A stretch of DNA of 64,000 nucleotides from Dicyema japonicum (Eukaryota; Animalia; Dicyemida), in the NCBI GenBank assembly GCA_011109175.1, contig RDEW01000037.1:40635-104634 (forward strand), given 5' to 3'. The first letter of the stretch is position 1. Every line of letters starts with the position of its first letter. The position numbers and the translations under genes were made by a program. Below, in pieces: positions 22,500 through 35,030 of the stretch. The notes below the pieces were generated by a model that was not told where the DNA came from, searched no databases, and saw only the letters and a list, made by a program, of their open reading frames with translations.

Positions 22500-25140
22500 G
22501 AAATTTTATTTTATCCCAAGATCACCGGATTATAAAAAGTTAAAACTTAACTAATAACTAAGTGATCTTGGTTTTCGAGTTCTGCTCTCGTTCGGGTCCT
22601 CGAAGATCAACAGAATTGGTAAAACGGGGACGGTCTCATTCTCCATAGATTCCCCGAATTTTCTAGATAGTCAGATATAGAGATGAAAGCGGACATCCGG
22701 TTTTCATTGCCCACTGTAGAAATGACTTCACTTTCACCTTATGTCTTTAACATTCAATACGTTATCCACAGTTTTCTTATTTATTATTTTAAAGGCAGCA
22801 AGTTGTGAGGCTTCTAATTTTTGAGACGACGATTCAGAAATCATCGAGCTCCAGGAAGCATGCGTATTCGATTACTGGCAGTATGTATTGTCTGTAAATT
22901 TTCTGTAGTAAGAAGGTTTTGTGCCCGATTAATAATCGGGACAAAATTTTCAATATGTTGGTCCTCCTGACCTTGGTAATAACTTCATTGAGGTGTTGGC
23001 CGAATGTCAGGAGAGTATCCAATTTTAATCCTAGTATTGTTGGAGACTTATTCATAGGAATTTCATATCCAAACAATTTGATTTTGGGAGAATATAATGA
23101 TCTTCTATATGTAGAGAAAATTGTTATAAATGACTTTCCTATAGAAACTTCCAGTCGATTTGATATGGGCCAATGTTCCAACATACAAATTTAATTTTGA
23201 AGTTTCATCTGCCTTCTCATAGTAAGAGTCTCGCGTCGCAAGAACAATGTCATCTGCGTATGAGAGTATCAATGTATCGGGATCATCATTGGTCAGAAGG
23301 TCATTGGTGTAAAAGTTGAAGAGCAGGGGAGAGAGAGGGAACCTTGGGGACATCATTCGGCAATAAACGGGATTTAGATTTTCTATTGTCCGACATCACT
23401 TGTCCTCTTCTTCTATTTAGAATATTCGGCAGCCATCTTTTAATGTTTGGATTTATAAGCGTGTCAGAAATTTTCTCTATAAGTAGGGTCGAAAACACGG
23501 GGTCGAATGCTTTCTTCAAGTCTCTTAAAGCCATAATGGTTCTTTTATGTTGTTTTGGAAAGAGAATCCATCAGATATATTGAGTTAATTTTGTCAAGTG
23601 AGTCGTAGTAGAATGATTTTCACGGAATCCATGCTGGACTACTCGATTTGGTACAATATCTTTGATTCGTGTTAAGATTAATTTTTCATAATCGGGACAA
23701 CGCACATAATATTGCAATTGGACGATAAGAAGAGGGATCGTTTGCAGGTTGTTTGACTTCCGAATTGGCAAAATAATGGATTTCTTCCATATAGAAGGTA
23801 TCATATTATTGTTCACATATAGAGTATAAACGTATGATAGGAATTCGGTTGCCTTTTCACCAAGGTGTTTCAGTTCCATCATCGAGACATTATCAGCACC
23901 TCGGGAACATGAGTTTTTGGCATCCATGATTGCATTTTGAACTTCTTGCGGAGTAAAGACAATTAAGTCATACGATGGATACAACTTCTTGTTGACTCTG
24001 TGTTCCCTCGAGAAATTTTTATGACTGATTGCGACATAGTGTTTCATTAAAATATTTGAGTCGATGTTGCTACATCCATGTCCGTGGAAGACTTTCTCAG
24101 AGCCTTCATTGCAACGTCTCAAATATTTAATTTTCCTCTATATCAGCGTCTCGGATGTATTTGGGGATAGAGAATCAATAAGTGATGTCCATCGCTTCTT
24201 GATTCTAGATTGGGTAACTTGTTTAATTTGTATATTTAAGGTTTTTATTTTTTGGAAATCGTCATTTGATAAATCCTTTTACCTCTTTAATTTATTTCTT
24301 ATCTAAGTGTTTTTGCATGCATATTGTAGGTAATCCTTGTTTGATGGCATTAGAATAAATAGTTTTGTTGCTTGGAGTATAATGTCCGTGAAAGTTTTGA
24401 TCATGTGGTCAATTGATGAGAATACCAATGTGTAAAATACTTCCATATTAAAGTCAATGTAATTAGAGAAGCTGGACCAATCCGCGCTATCAAAATTTTA
24501 AAAAGTGGAATTCTGTCTGATAAATTTATTTTCAGTGTTGATTTTCATCATAATAGGGTTGTGATCACTTCTTAGTTCACATTTTACAGTCCAGTTGATA
24601 AGGGAAAACATTGATGGGGAACATAAAGAGAGGTCAGGGGATGTAGGTTTGTCTCCTGTTCGAGTAGGTATTCTTGTGTTGCTTTTGGTGTTATTCAGTA
24701 TACATAATTGTCCCAAATTTCTGGCCAGTAGGGTTCCTCTACTGTTTGGTTTCTGGTCTTCATACCATAATTGATATTTGGCATTGATGTCACCGCATAG
24801 TAGTACGTTTTTGAAGTTTGAGAAGTGTAAGTTAAGGTAATACCCATTTGGACAGGAGCTATTAGGTGGAATATATACATTGACAATATAGTTTTCCTAG
24901 GAATTCTAATATTTATGCCAACTAGTTCCAAAAGGTCTTCTGGATAGATTTTTCGGATTTTGTTTGAAATATCTTCAAATTGAATTCCATTTCTTATTAG
25001 TGTCACTAGTCCTCCACCAAGCTTAATCTTTCTGTCTTTACGGATAACGGAGTATCCGGAAAAGGTTGGGTTCGTATGTTTGCTTGTAGCTTTGTCTCTT
25101 GGACTAGAGCAAAAACGACGATTATAAACTTGGACGTCGC
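22500..25140 (-). mobile_element. APE-RT LINE ORF2, nearly complete, decayed
   Basis: RSDHNP, SRGADNV, QHGFRENHST, DLKKAFD, SYADDIV, ILGLKLD; 3' tail aagatcac...gtgatcttgggataaaataaaa. Confidence 0.88.
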
Positions 25141-25990
25141 CAAATGGAATATCTGAGAACCAGAATGATTATATTTTATGCGCCAAATGTTGGAAAAGTT
25201 CTATAACAGCCGTCAAAACATATCCAGGGGCAGACTGTGGAACAGACCATCAGCTACTAGTTGCAAAAATTAAAACGAAATTTAGCAACACTTGGAATAC
25301 CCCCGAGTAAAGAAATTCGATGTCTCAAACATACCACCAGAATACGCAATGGAAGTGAAGCACAATATTGGATTACTGGATTTGAACGGAAGGATGCCTG
25401 ATGAATTATGGAATGATATGCAGTTGGTTATCAGGAACGCTGCAATAAAATATGTCAAATACAAAACGCAGGCCAAGTGCTCTGAGTGGCTCTCTGTCAA
25501 CACCCTAAACATTGCTGAGGCTCGTAAAGCTGCTAAAGTCTCTGGGAATATAGATGAGACAAGAAAACTTAACTCTGAATTCAAAAAGGCAGCCAGGAAA
25601 GATAAAGAAGACTACTGGAGGTTACCTTGGAAGATGACTATAAGAGAGGTCACACTAGGATTGCGTATTAACAACTAAAAAGATTACGAGTCCCCTTTAC
25701 GAAAATGATGAGTAAAATCAAGGACAAGGATGGTGTAAAATTGCTAAGCCAACAGAACATCCGAAACCGTTGGAGATACTAAATTCAGAAACTGTGTGCC
25801 CATCCATATATGTTGATGAAGCAACGTTGGGTGAGGGGCATAAAATCCTTGAGGCTACACGGCAATTAACAAAGAACACGGCACCGGGGATTGACAACAT
25901 CTCAAGTGAATTGTTGAAGGCTAAACCGGTGACAGCTATCAACAATCTATGTCAAAAAATTTGGGAAACTGGTATTTGGCCATGCTAGTG
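25140..25990 (+). mobile_element. RTE-clade LINE fragment (end of APE to start of RT)
   Basis: QNDYIL, YPGADCGTDHQLL, NTAPGIDNI.SELLK, LCQKIWETGIWP. Confidence 0.8.
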
Positions 25991-26013
25991 GAAAAGATCT
26001 GGCCTATAGACGT

Positions 26014-26484
26014 TCACAAAGGTAATTTTTCCATTTGTTGTTTCAAGTGTGACTGCATTAAATTCAGTAACATCGTCGTCTCCCAAGATACCACTGAAGT
26101 GATGTCCACACATTTAAGGTCTTTCCGATATAAAATGAGGATGCCGCTATCCTGCTTCCTCTTTTGGTCAGTCCGTTCTGACTCGTATCCAGGGAACATC
26201 GGGGTAGGACTGTTCGCAGGCAGTTTCGTCTCTTGTATTAAAGCCATGTCGATCTTCAACTCCTCCAGGAGGGAGCGCAGCTCCAATATCTTGCCTCTTA
26301 CTCCATTGATATTCAGTTGAAGAACCGTGGTCCGTTTCTTACGGTGGGCTAGGGGTTCTTTCCGGGTAGATGAGGATAATAGAGCGTGCCGCCGGGGAGA
26401 CAGTTTCCTCGGAGGTGGATGTCTAATGGTTCTCTTTGGAGGAGCCCTAGTAGTAAACCCAGACAAAACGGAAAGAACTAGCAC
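26014..26484 (-). mobile_element. LINE APE N-terminus
   Basis: VLQLNINGVRGK.LEL..LL....DMALIQETKL. Confidence 0.8.
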
Positions 26485-26499
26485 GACGAGAAACGAAGA

Positions 26500-27070
26500 A
26501 AAGTGAAGAACATGAAAGAAAATTGGATCTCTCCTCGGCGTCTCGGAGGACTTTATTCACAGAAAAGTTCTGGCGGTTGCTTCTTTCAAAAAATTGTGGG
26601 CGATCTGGATGCGGCGAAAGTACAGGCACTCGCCTTCGAATTCGGTTGTACAACTCCTTTATCAAATCAATTCAACTTTATAACACGGGGAGCTGGCTGA
26701 CCAAGACGGATAACCAACGACGAGCTATATAGAATTACTCAAACAACAAAGATTGGGAATAAAGTTACTTCTGCAAAATGGCCGCTCTTTAGATATATCC
26801 TAAGAGCTTTGGAAATGGTACCAGCCAATCAGGCCATGGAATAATACTTTTCTTTATTAAACAAAACAACGTATCGAGGTGACAAAGAACAACGTTGCCG
26901 TCGACCCTCGACTAAGAACTCACTTGCATAGGAAGAAAGCTTAAAACAGGTGAGGATCTGGATGATCTGAGGGCGGATGCGAAAAACAGGGGAGGATAGA
27001 AACGGCTCATATTCCGTATCCAGAAATGCATGGCAAAAGTGGAATCTCAAATTAGTTAACTTTTCTGGTT
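26500..27070 (+). mobile_element. RTE C-terminal fragments
   Basis: RLRIRLYNSFIKSIQLYNTGSW, then a GRQRT-like motif. Confidence 0.55.
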
Positions 27071-27469
27071 CCGCGGACATTTCTAATAATAATAGGTTAC
27101 TATGTGATGGCTTTTGAGTGTGGCCGGATGCCATAGCCAGTTGAGGAAATAAATCGATTTCCTGCTTATTCGTTCAGTTGCCTCAACCACGACAGCCGGA
27201 ATGCGAACCGGTCTAAAAATCATTCTTATTTCTTATCCTTAGCCTTCCCAGCATTTTTTATGGCGCAGATCGTGTCTACTGCACTTCACGTTTGTTGCAA
27301 ATTTTCCCAACTGCATCAAAAAAACGATTCAACTTCCGCCAACATCATTTCCATTGAGTGACTTTAGCGGAAAACAACTTTAAATTGTCCAAAATTAGAA
27401 GATGATTAGTTGTATATGTTAGTTTCTCATTTCAGTTGTAACAATTTTCTCTACATATAGAAGATCATT

Positions 27470-27823
27470 ATTATTATTATTAGCACTTTCACGAGTGCCA
27501 TAATATTTTTAGCCCCGCATGTGCAGCAAAAAATATAAGAGAATTAGTTAGGTTGCTACAAATTTTCTGTTCTTTGCTAGGTCCCTCAGTGAGTCCAGAT
27601 CGGCTTTCAGATCGTTTTGTAGAACGACCGGGAGGGTAGTTCTCGGTCTTCCACGAAAGCGTTTTACATTGGAGGAGTAGTAATCTTCCATTGCGATATT
27701 CGGAGGGGATATCGGGTCCAACCTCAGGACGTGTCCAAAAAGTCTCCAACGAGAGCTAATGATCTCGTGGCTTAATGGTATACAGTCAAATTTATTGTAC
27801 AGTCCATTCCGCGAGAAGATCAT
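27470..27823 (-). mobile_element. RTE 3' end with (taa)n tail
   Basis: SRWRLFGHVLRL..PPNIAM..FRGRPRTTLP; tail atgcggggctaaaaatattatggcactcgtgaaagtgctaataataataa. Confidence 0.85.
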
Positions 27824-27824
27824 T

Positions 27825-28395
27825 TACTCTCCGAAAATCAAATTATTTGGATATGTTTTTCCTATGAATAAATCTCCAACGATAGTAGGATTAAAGTTGG
27901 ATATCTCCTGACATTTGGCGAACACGTAAATGACGTTATTACCTAGGTCAGGAGGAAGATAAACATATTGAAAATTTTTTCCCGATCACCAATCGGGCAC
28001 AACACCTTCTTACTACAGAAAATTTACAGACAATACATACTGCAGTAATCGAATACGCATGCCCTTCCTGGAGCTCGATGATTTCTGAATCGTCGTCTCA
28101 AAAATTAGAAGCCGCACAACTTGCTGCCTTTAAAATAATTAGTAAAAAACCGTGAATAACGTATTGAATGTTGAAGAACACCTAAGGTGGAGAATGAAGA
28201 TATTTCTACAGTGGGCAATGAAAACCGGCTGTCCGCTTTCACTCTCTATATCTGAGTATCTAGAAAATGCGGGGAATCTATGGAGAATGAGACCGTTGAT
28301 CTTCGAGGACCCCGAACGAAAGCCAGAACCCGGAAACCGTGATCATTCAATTAGTAGTTAACTTTTTCTAATCCGGTGATCTTAAGGTAAATAAA
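27825..28395 (+). mobile_element. LINE 3' fragment, same family as 22500-25140, inverted
   Basis: Clear nucleotide similarity to the reverse complement of 22500-23090. Confidence 0.85.
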
Positions 28396-28510
28396 TAGAC
28401 TCTATCACAACCATATACCTTCCAATTCGGATGTATCATGATAGTCTCGGTGATTTCGTCCTCTGTGAAATTAGCAAAAGAGTTCTCTGATCCAGTCACT
28501 CTTGCAAAAA
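28396..28510 (-). mobile_element. R4-like fragment
   Basis: DEITETIMIHPNWKVYGCDRVY; shares gatagtctcggtgatttcgtcc with 32749-32770. Confidence 0.55.
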
Positions 28511-28695
28511 GTGGTTAAGAGATTAGCGTTTTATTGATTTTTTTAGTTTAATTTCATTTGTGGGTTTAATGTTGTCTTAGCTTACCGATGAACTATCCTT
28601 GTAACCATGGATATCAGCAAATAATTTAATTTATGAAATTCATACTCAAACACAAAATTGAAATTTGCTTACTAATCCCTCACCCTCCCACAACC

Positions 28696-29769
28696 TAGCA
28701 AATTTCGTAAATTTCGTAAGTGGACCGTAAGTGGACGCCGAGGGAAAGCAAATTTCGTAAGTGGACGCCGAGGGAAAGTATCCGTCGGAAACAAGAGTTC
28801 CAGATCGGGATTATTACCCAATGGTGTACCCCAAGGATCTCCTCTGTCACCAATCCTTTTTAATTTGTTTTTGAGTATCTCCCCGTACCTATGAATAATA
28901 ATGGCATGTTACTTTCTTATGCCGATGACATAGTTGTCGCATCTAGAGACGTAAATGTCGAACATGCTAAAGAAAGACTAAAGGAATACTAAATAACATA
29001 TTTGGATGGTTGTGCGAAAATTCGATTAAATGCATGTTCCGAAAAGTCAGCAGTCACTCTATTTACTAAGAATAGAAAGATGGGAACGCAAACAATTGAT
29101 GTCACGTTAAATGGAGTACCTATACCACAAAAGAAATCGCAGAAGATACTGGGAGTAACTTTTGATACTTTCCTCTGCTTCTCAGCCCATGTGGAATCCA
29201 TCATATCAACCTGTGCAAAGAAGATAAATTTTGTAAAGGCCTTCTTTTGGAACTGTGGAGGAATTTATCCTCCAGGTATCTGGACCCTCTACAAGCAGTA
29301 TGTCGAGCCAACAATAGGCTATGCATGTGCTGCATGGGGATCTAACCTGTCGGCAACGAACCTAACAAAAATTCAAGAGATCCAGTCAAGAGCAAAAAAA
29401 TTACTGGAAAAGTATACAGATAAAGAAATTGCCCCAGAGCACTCGAGTCTATCATAGAGGCAACTGGAGGAAATTTCAGAAGAGAAAAGGAAAAAGACCC
29501 CTGTCCGTATAGAAAATGAGTGGGATCACGGTCGGAGCATCGAGAAAAAGTGGCCCGATTATTGAGAGATGCCGGGATCACATGAATGTTAGTTATTGGT
29601 TAAGATGGTGTTTCTTTGGGTTAAATAATAATAAATAATTGTCCGTGTCATAAGATTTCCTTCAGTTTGAACGTTAAACTATCAGTTTTTCCCCTATTGA
29701 CTTTACGTCCTCTCAACGGATTTCCAAAATTCAATTATTTATCATTACTGGAGATTTGAACGTGAAGCA
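28696..29769 (+). mobile_element. Duplicate of 5342-6365 with stuttered 5' junction
   Basis: Near-identical sequence; repeated gcaaatttcgtaa and gtaagtggac pieces at 28696-28778. Confidence 0.9.
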
Positions 29770-30090
29770 CCCTCTCTGGTTCAAGAATCAATGACAGATA
29801 TGAGGAAAAATTCTTAAATGCTCACTGGACGATCTAGTAATTTTAAACTCCACATTAATGAACACAAGAACACACATAGTATTTCCCGACAAAGCACTTG
29901 CTTTCCCTAACATCGTCCTCATCTCCAGTTGGCTCAGAAGTATCGACTTTAGTAACAATCACAACTCTACCGACATCTCGATTAAAGGAAGTATCATCAC
30001 GAGAAGAAATTGTCTTTTATCAGAAACCACAAGTAACCTGTTAAAAATTCCTGACTGTTAAAGACTTATATGTAGTTTAATAATAATAAA

Positions 30091-30407
30091 GCCTTTTCAC
30101 GAGAGCCATAGTATTTATAGCTCCGCATAAGCAGGACACACACTTTATTTAAGTAAAGAACAGTTAATTTTAACTAATCGTAGAACCAAGGAATGATCTT
30201 CACTTCTTTTTTTTCTTTTTCTTGCGTGAGTGTCCTTTCTAGACAATCCAGTTCCGCAGTGAGTATCCACTGATGACGGCGTCACTCGTCAAACCCTTTC
30301 TATCGTAGAGATGCGTGGAATTTTCCACCAGGTGAACAGCAGCGAGATTCGAAACCGTAGTTTAATCCACTTAAGCCCAACACCTAACCACTATGCCACC
30401 CGGCTAT
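30091..30407 (-). mobile_element. tRNA-derived SINE S1, copy 2
   Basis: A box tggcatagtgg, B box ttcgaatc; homologous to 20359-20674; possible 8-bp TSD tatgtagt at 30069-30076 and 30405-30412. Confidence 0.85.
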
Positions 30408-30588
30408 GTAGTCTATTAGCGAGAATGTAAGGGTACAAAAGAAGGCAATCGGGTCCTCACGACAATATTCTAAATACACAATTAAAAATATAGTTTTAAG
30501 AGAATATATAAATTAATAATAGTCTATTTAATTTTGTAAAAAGTCCTTTACATCATTTTCGTAAATAAGGACACTTTCACGGATAACA

Positions 30589-30900
30589 ATAGCCGCGTGG
30601 CGTCATGTGGTGCTTCGTGGCTTATTAGTTGAAGTTTCTGTTTGTTCGTCTGTTCCTCCTCTCTCTTTCTATTAGAGCCCAGTACCACCTGTCTAAGTGG
30701 CGCCCAGTACCAGGCCGGCACGAAAAAGGATCATTTGCTCTCCCCCAATCCACTGAGGGGTTTCCACACTACAACTATGGACGTCTTTTACCCTTATATT
30801 GATTCCGGATGGACTCTTTCTGTGAAAGTGGAAACTGGATGCACTTAATTAGTTGTTTACTTTAACTTCTTTCTCGGTGTATCCGGGGTTAATAAAAAAT
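30589..30900 (+). mobile_element. SINE S2, copy 2
   Basis: Colinear homology with 4329-4640 from the head to ccggggttaataa. Confidence 0.8.
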
Positions 30901-31039
30901 ATATAAGAAAATATTACGGCCACATATCTGGGAATATGTTAGCGTGGGGTCATGTGGTTCACCTTTTATGGTGGCGCTCAGTATCGAATTTCACCAAAAA
31001 GAACCATTTTTTTCTCCACATCCAGACTCCTCGTAAACC

Positions 31040-31400
31040 AACTTTGTGGATCGATTTATTTACGCATGTCGAGGTCACACAGGGTATAAGATCGATGAAG
31101 AGATCTTATACGTGTGGTCCTCACGATATCCGAGAATTTTGTTAAAACACCTTGGTAATGTTGCAATCAATTCGATTACGTCAATTTTTAATTTGTCTTC
31201 TAACAAGAACGTCATCTATGCAAATTGAAGAACTCACTTATAATACCCCTCTTAAAACCGAAAACCTTACCTTCTTCCAACCGTCCAATTTCATTAACGA
31301 AGAAACTCGTACTCCGGAAAATTAAACCCCATTTGCCCGACTGCCACAAAAATAATTCTTTTATATGCCCGTCTATCTTTACAGGAAAGTAGCGTGGCGT
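31040..31400 (+). mobile_element. LINE pre-RT fragment
   Basis: CGPHDI..., LKHLG, IFNLS, IPLLKPK, PSSNRPIS in broken frames. Confidence 0.55.
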
Positions 31401-31579
31401 TATGTGGTCCACCAAGTCAAAAAATTCAAAGGGATTTGGCATCGCCCAGAGGGTTTCTAATGCCCTCCCGAAATGGACCATTAGACCCTTTCCTCTCGGG
31501 GTCATTATCGACCCCCTGCCGATATGCTTCAAAAAAGTCCAAACATTCCCGGAGAAAACCCTCAGCCTACTGTGGAGAA

Positions 31580-32740
31580 ATGAAATTTACTGCTCTCAAT
31601 TGAACATCAACGGAATTAAAGGCAAAGTCAGGGAACTCCGATCAATCCTGGCAAATCAGAAGATCGACGTGACCATGATCCAAGAAACTAAAATCTGCAT
31701 GAATGATCCCACTCCTTCATTCATTGGATACGAGGCTATCAGGATGGACCGTAAAAAAAGAGGGGGCGGACTACTTACTCTATTCAAAAATAACCTGAAA
31801 TGCTGAGACATTACTTCGGAAGTGAGGAACCTTGTTGGAAACGACGAGGTTACTGAGGCAATTGGAATCTCGTTTGGGACAACAGAAAGAAGTCTGTGCC
31901 TCGTGAATATCTACTTGCCTCTTCCCAGCTCCTGCCCAAAGGACTATGTTATTCCAACCTATCAAGATTAGCTATAGATCATCATATGTGGAGATTTAAA
32001 CGCAAAGCACCCATTATGGTTATCAACCCAACACGCCTACACGAGAGGGAAGCTATTGTTATGGAAAACGGACTCCCTAACGATACTGAATTACCCAGCG
32101 AAAAATACAAGGACCCCACTCAGAGATACGGATCAGCCTACTTCTCCCGACGTAACACTTTGCTCCACATCACTTTCATCAAAAATTACCTGATCAGTTT
32201 TCTACGAGACAAGAAGCGATCATAACCCGATTGTGATGAAGATCAAGAGAGAAGCCAAAGTGAAGAGAACACCTACTAGTTATAATTACAATGCTGCTAA
32301 TTGGGAATTGTATCAGGCAATCTCTGATGATAGACTAAAGAATTGTTACTTGGATAGCTTCAAATAGCTAGAAAATGCGATCAAATACATTACTTGCACA
32401 ATCCTAGAAGCAAGATCATTGGCTATTCCCAAGCATCGTCTAAATTCCTTTAATGGTCGAGAGAAGTCGGCATTGGTAAAAGAAAGAAATCACCTCAAAA
32501 AATCTAATTGGATCACATCAGAAACGAAACTCAGGATCAGAGCTCTGAAGAACAAAATAAAGGCCAGAGAGTTCAAGGCCCAGAAATTGAAGTGGAATCG
32601 GATTCTTACAAAGGTAAATCGCAACCGTAGTACAGGAAAAGTGTGGAAAGCCATCCGAAATGTTTCAAAAGGCAAAGAAACTTCTCCCGACGATGACTAT
32701 AGTCAACGAGACGTTAACAGTTTGATAAAATTTAATTGGA
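31580..32740 (+). mobile_element. LINE APE domain and downstream region, decayed
   Basis: QLNINGIKGKVREL, IQETK, GGGLLT, GDLNAK, SDHNP. Confidence 0.8.
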
Positions 32741-32744
32741 AACA

Positions 32745-33550
32745 TCTTGATAGTCTCGGTGATTTCGTCCTTAGTGGAATCAGCAAAAGAGTCCTCTGAT
32801 CCAGTCAATCTTTTGCTAATAAAGAAATTGCTCTTCATTCGCTCTTCCTTATTCCAAATACTAGTCCAAAATGGAAGACATTCCTACTCATTGAACTTGA
32901 TGACCGCTTTATTATCTCCATTTATATTTCTATAAAATCGCCTTTTATTCAACTCGAAACACTCGTTGGCACTTCTAAATTTCTTTTTCGATTCGTAAAT
33001 TCGCAACTTTTTGATTTTTAAAGCTATATGAGCTTATGTTATTGTGTATTTTTTGTCAAATTGATTCTTCCCGTTCATTTCATTTCATTTGAATTTGCTC
33101 AAGTTTCTTAAGTTTAGTGAGTTTGCTTTTCATTGATTCTTCCCAACTACTTTTAGTGTTATTCTTCTTGGTGAGAGCCTCATAAGTGCATTGCCCAGCA
33201 TTAAGATATCAATGATATCTGGCAAGGAATCAATATATTTCTTGATTGATGCATTAAGTCCACACAGAATCTCCTTTCTAAGCATTTGTCTGGAAATCTT
33301 CCTAGTAGGAATATGAAGGTTCTTTCCTGAGGTGAGTAATTTCGCAATTTAAATGTTTTTTTTGTTTCAATAATACTTGCATTGAAACTTGTGTTCATTC
33401 TCAACAATAGCTTAGAGTTCCCTCTCTATTGCAGTCAATCTAACTACAATATCCATTTTGTCTGTAGGTCTTTTTTTCAGATTCTTGTTCCTATTTTCTT
33501 CTAAAGATTTTTCATTTTCTATGTATTCAATATTTTGAAATTACTGTAGC
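32745..33550 (-). mobile_element. R4-like RLE element, N-terminal region
   Basis: KFRSANECFELNKRRFYR...FWTSIWNKEE...DEITETIKMFP in broken frames. Confidence 0.55.
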
Positions 33551-33891
33551 AAATTCGCAAAAAATGGTACCTTAGTAAATATTAAAGCATCATTCAGGAA
33601 ATCACCTTGAAAATTGGTTTCGAAAAGTACCTTTAGACTCTACTACCTCTATTCAACTAACTTCTCTTTATGTTTTGGAAACTTTGGTTTATGTGCAACT
33701 TTAAAAGACTGTTGATAATTTTTGAAATATTTCAAAATAGTGTACTTCTATAATAAAAGATTATTTTTTTCGGTATTGTTGTTCGAATCATGTTTGAGAA
33801 TCTATCAGCAAACTGGAGGCACGATAAAGCATCAATTTCTTTATAATTCACAATTTGAATTTTTCACTGAAAGTAAGATACATGTGTTAAT

Positions 33892-33969
33892 TAAGTTTTT
33901 ATTTTTTTCAATTAAAAATTAGACAATTAATAAGTTTTTATTTTTTTCAATTAAAAATTAGACAATTAA
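33892..33969. repeat. 39-bp perfect tandem duplication at the CRE 5' junction
   Basis: taagtttttatttttttcaattaaaaattagacaattaa x2. Confidence 0.85.
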
Positions 33970-34880
33970 GGCGTTTAGTGGATACGGTCCTTCACTCTAC
34001 TTCCGGACTAAACGTACCGCTGACGCCGTCGGGAGCCTGGGATGAATGGATGAATTTGTACCTAAATGCTCCGGTCAATTGTGATAAGCAAAAGTCCTAT
34101 TTGTTTTGTGTCTTCGAAAAGAAGAAAGAATCCTTGAAAGGACGGAAGATATAAGAAGGCTTGCTTGCCTCAAGACAGCCAGTTGTCACTCGACGGGGGC
34201 CTGGATGAACGCTTTTCCATCTGCTGAAATTGGAAACCTGTTGGATGATGAGGCTGTGAGAATAGCTACCTCGCTTCGTCTTGGTCTTAAATTGTGTGCC
34301 GAAAGAAAATGCCGCTGTGGACGTTGGATCGATCCTTTTGGTTATCATCCCTTGTCATGCAAGATGAGTGCGGGTCGTTTCCCCAGGCACTCCTGCCTTA
34401 ACATGACATTAAAGAATTCCCTTGCCTTTGCTGGACACCATTGCCTGTTAGAACCTGCTGGTCTTTCTCGAAACGATGGAAAACGCCCTGATGGGATGAC
34501 GACTTTTCCATTCGCCAACGGACGAAACCTGATCTGGGACGCGACGTGTGTTGATACTTATTCCCCGTCTAATTTGGTTGCTTCTGCTTCAGACCCAGGA
34601 CATGCTTCGAAGCAGGCCGAGGAACGAAAGAGGAGGAAGTACCAGAGAATTTCGGAGGAGTATATATTTGTTCCATTCGCGGTGGAAACGTCAGGAATCC
34701 TTGGCCCCCAAGCAGATGAGTTGGTTCGTAAGATCGGCTCCATGATTCAAGCTGTGACCAAGGATCCGCGAGAGACTGGTTGGTTCCGAGAACGTATCTC
34801 GTTGGCTATTGTTAGGGGAAATAGCATGGCCATTCAGATGCCTTAATTTAATTTTTATTCATTTGATTTGAATTAACACT
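33970..34880 (+). mobile_element. CRE-like family 3, C-terminal zinc knuckle plus RLE (ORF 34106-34846 open)
   Basis: CRCG..IDPFGYHPLSC, RHSCLN, KRPDG, WDATCVDT, EERKRRKY, FAVETSG. Confidence 0.9.
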
Positions 34881-34899
34881 TCTTTATTAAAAGGCCGTA

Positions 34900-35030
34900 C
34901 TCCGGGCTGAGACAAAAGATTGGAATGGCCATACTCCGAGGGAACTCGTTCGCAATGCACGCAGCCGGCTTCCTCAACTGATATTTGTTTCTTTGTTAAA
35001 AAATTATTTTATTTAAAAAAAATTTATTTG
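34900..35030 (+). mobile_element. CRE-like family 1, 3' end
   Basis: ctccgagggaactcgttcgcaat...cttcctcaactga as at 2680-2726 and 44430-44476. Confidence 0.85.

Noticed and set aside
30265-30300. Hammerhead-like ctgatga...aaac on the antisense of SINE S1
   Set aside because: The essential GAAA is CAAA, and I could not form stems I and III with a UH site.
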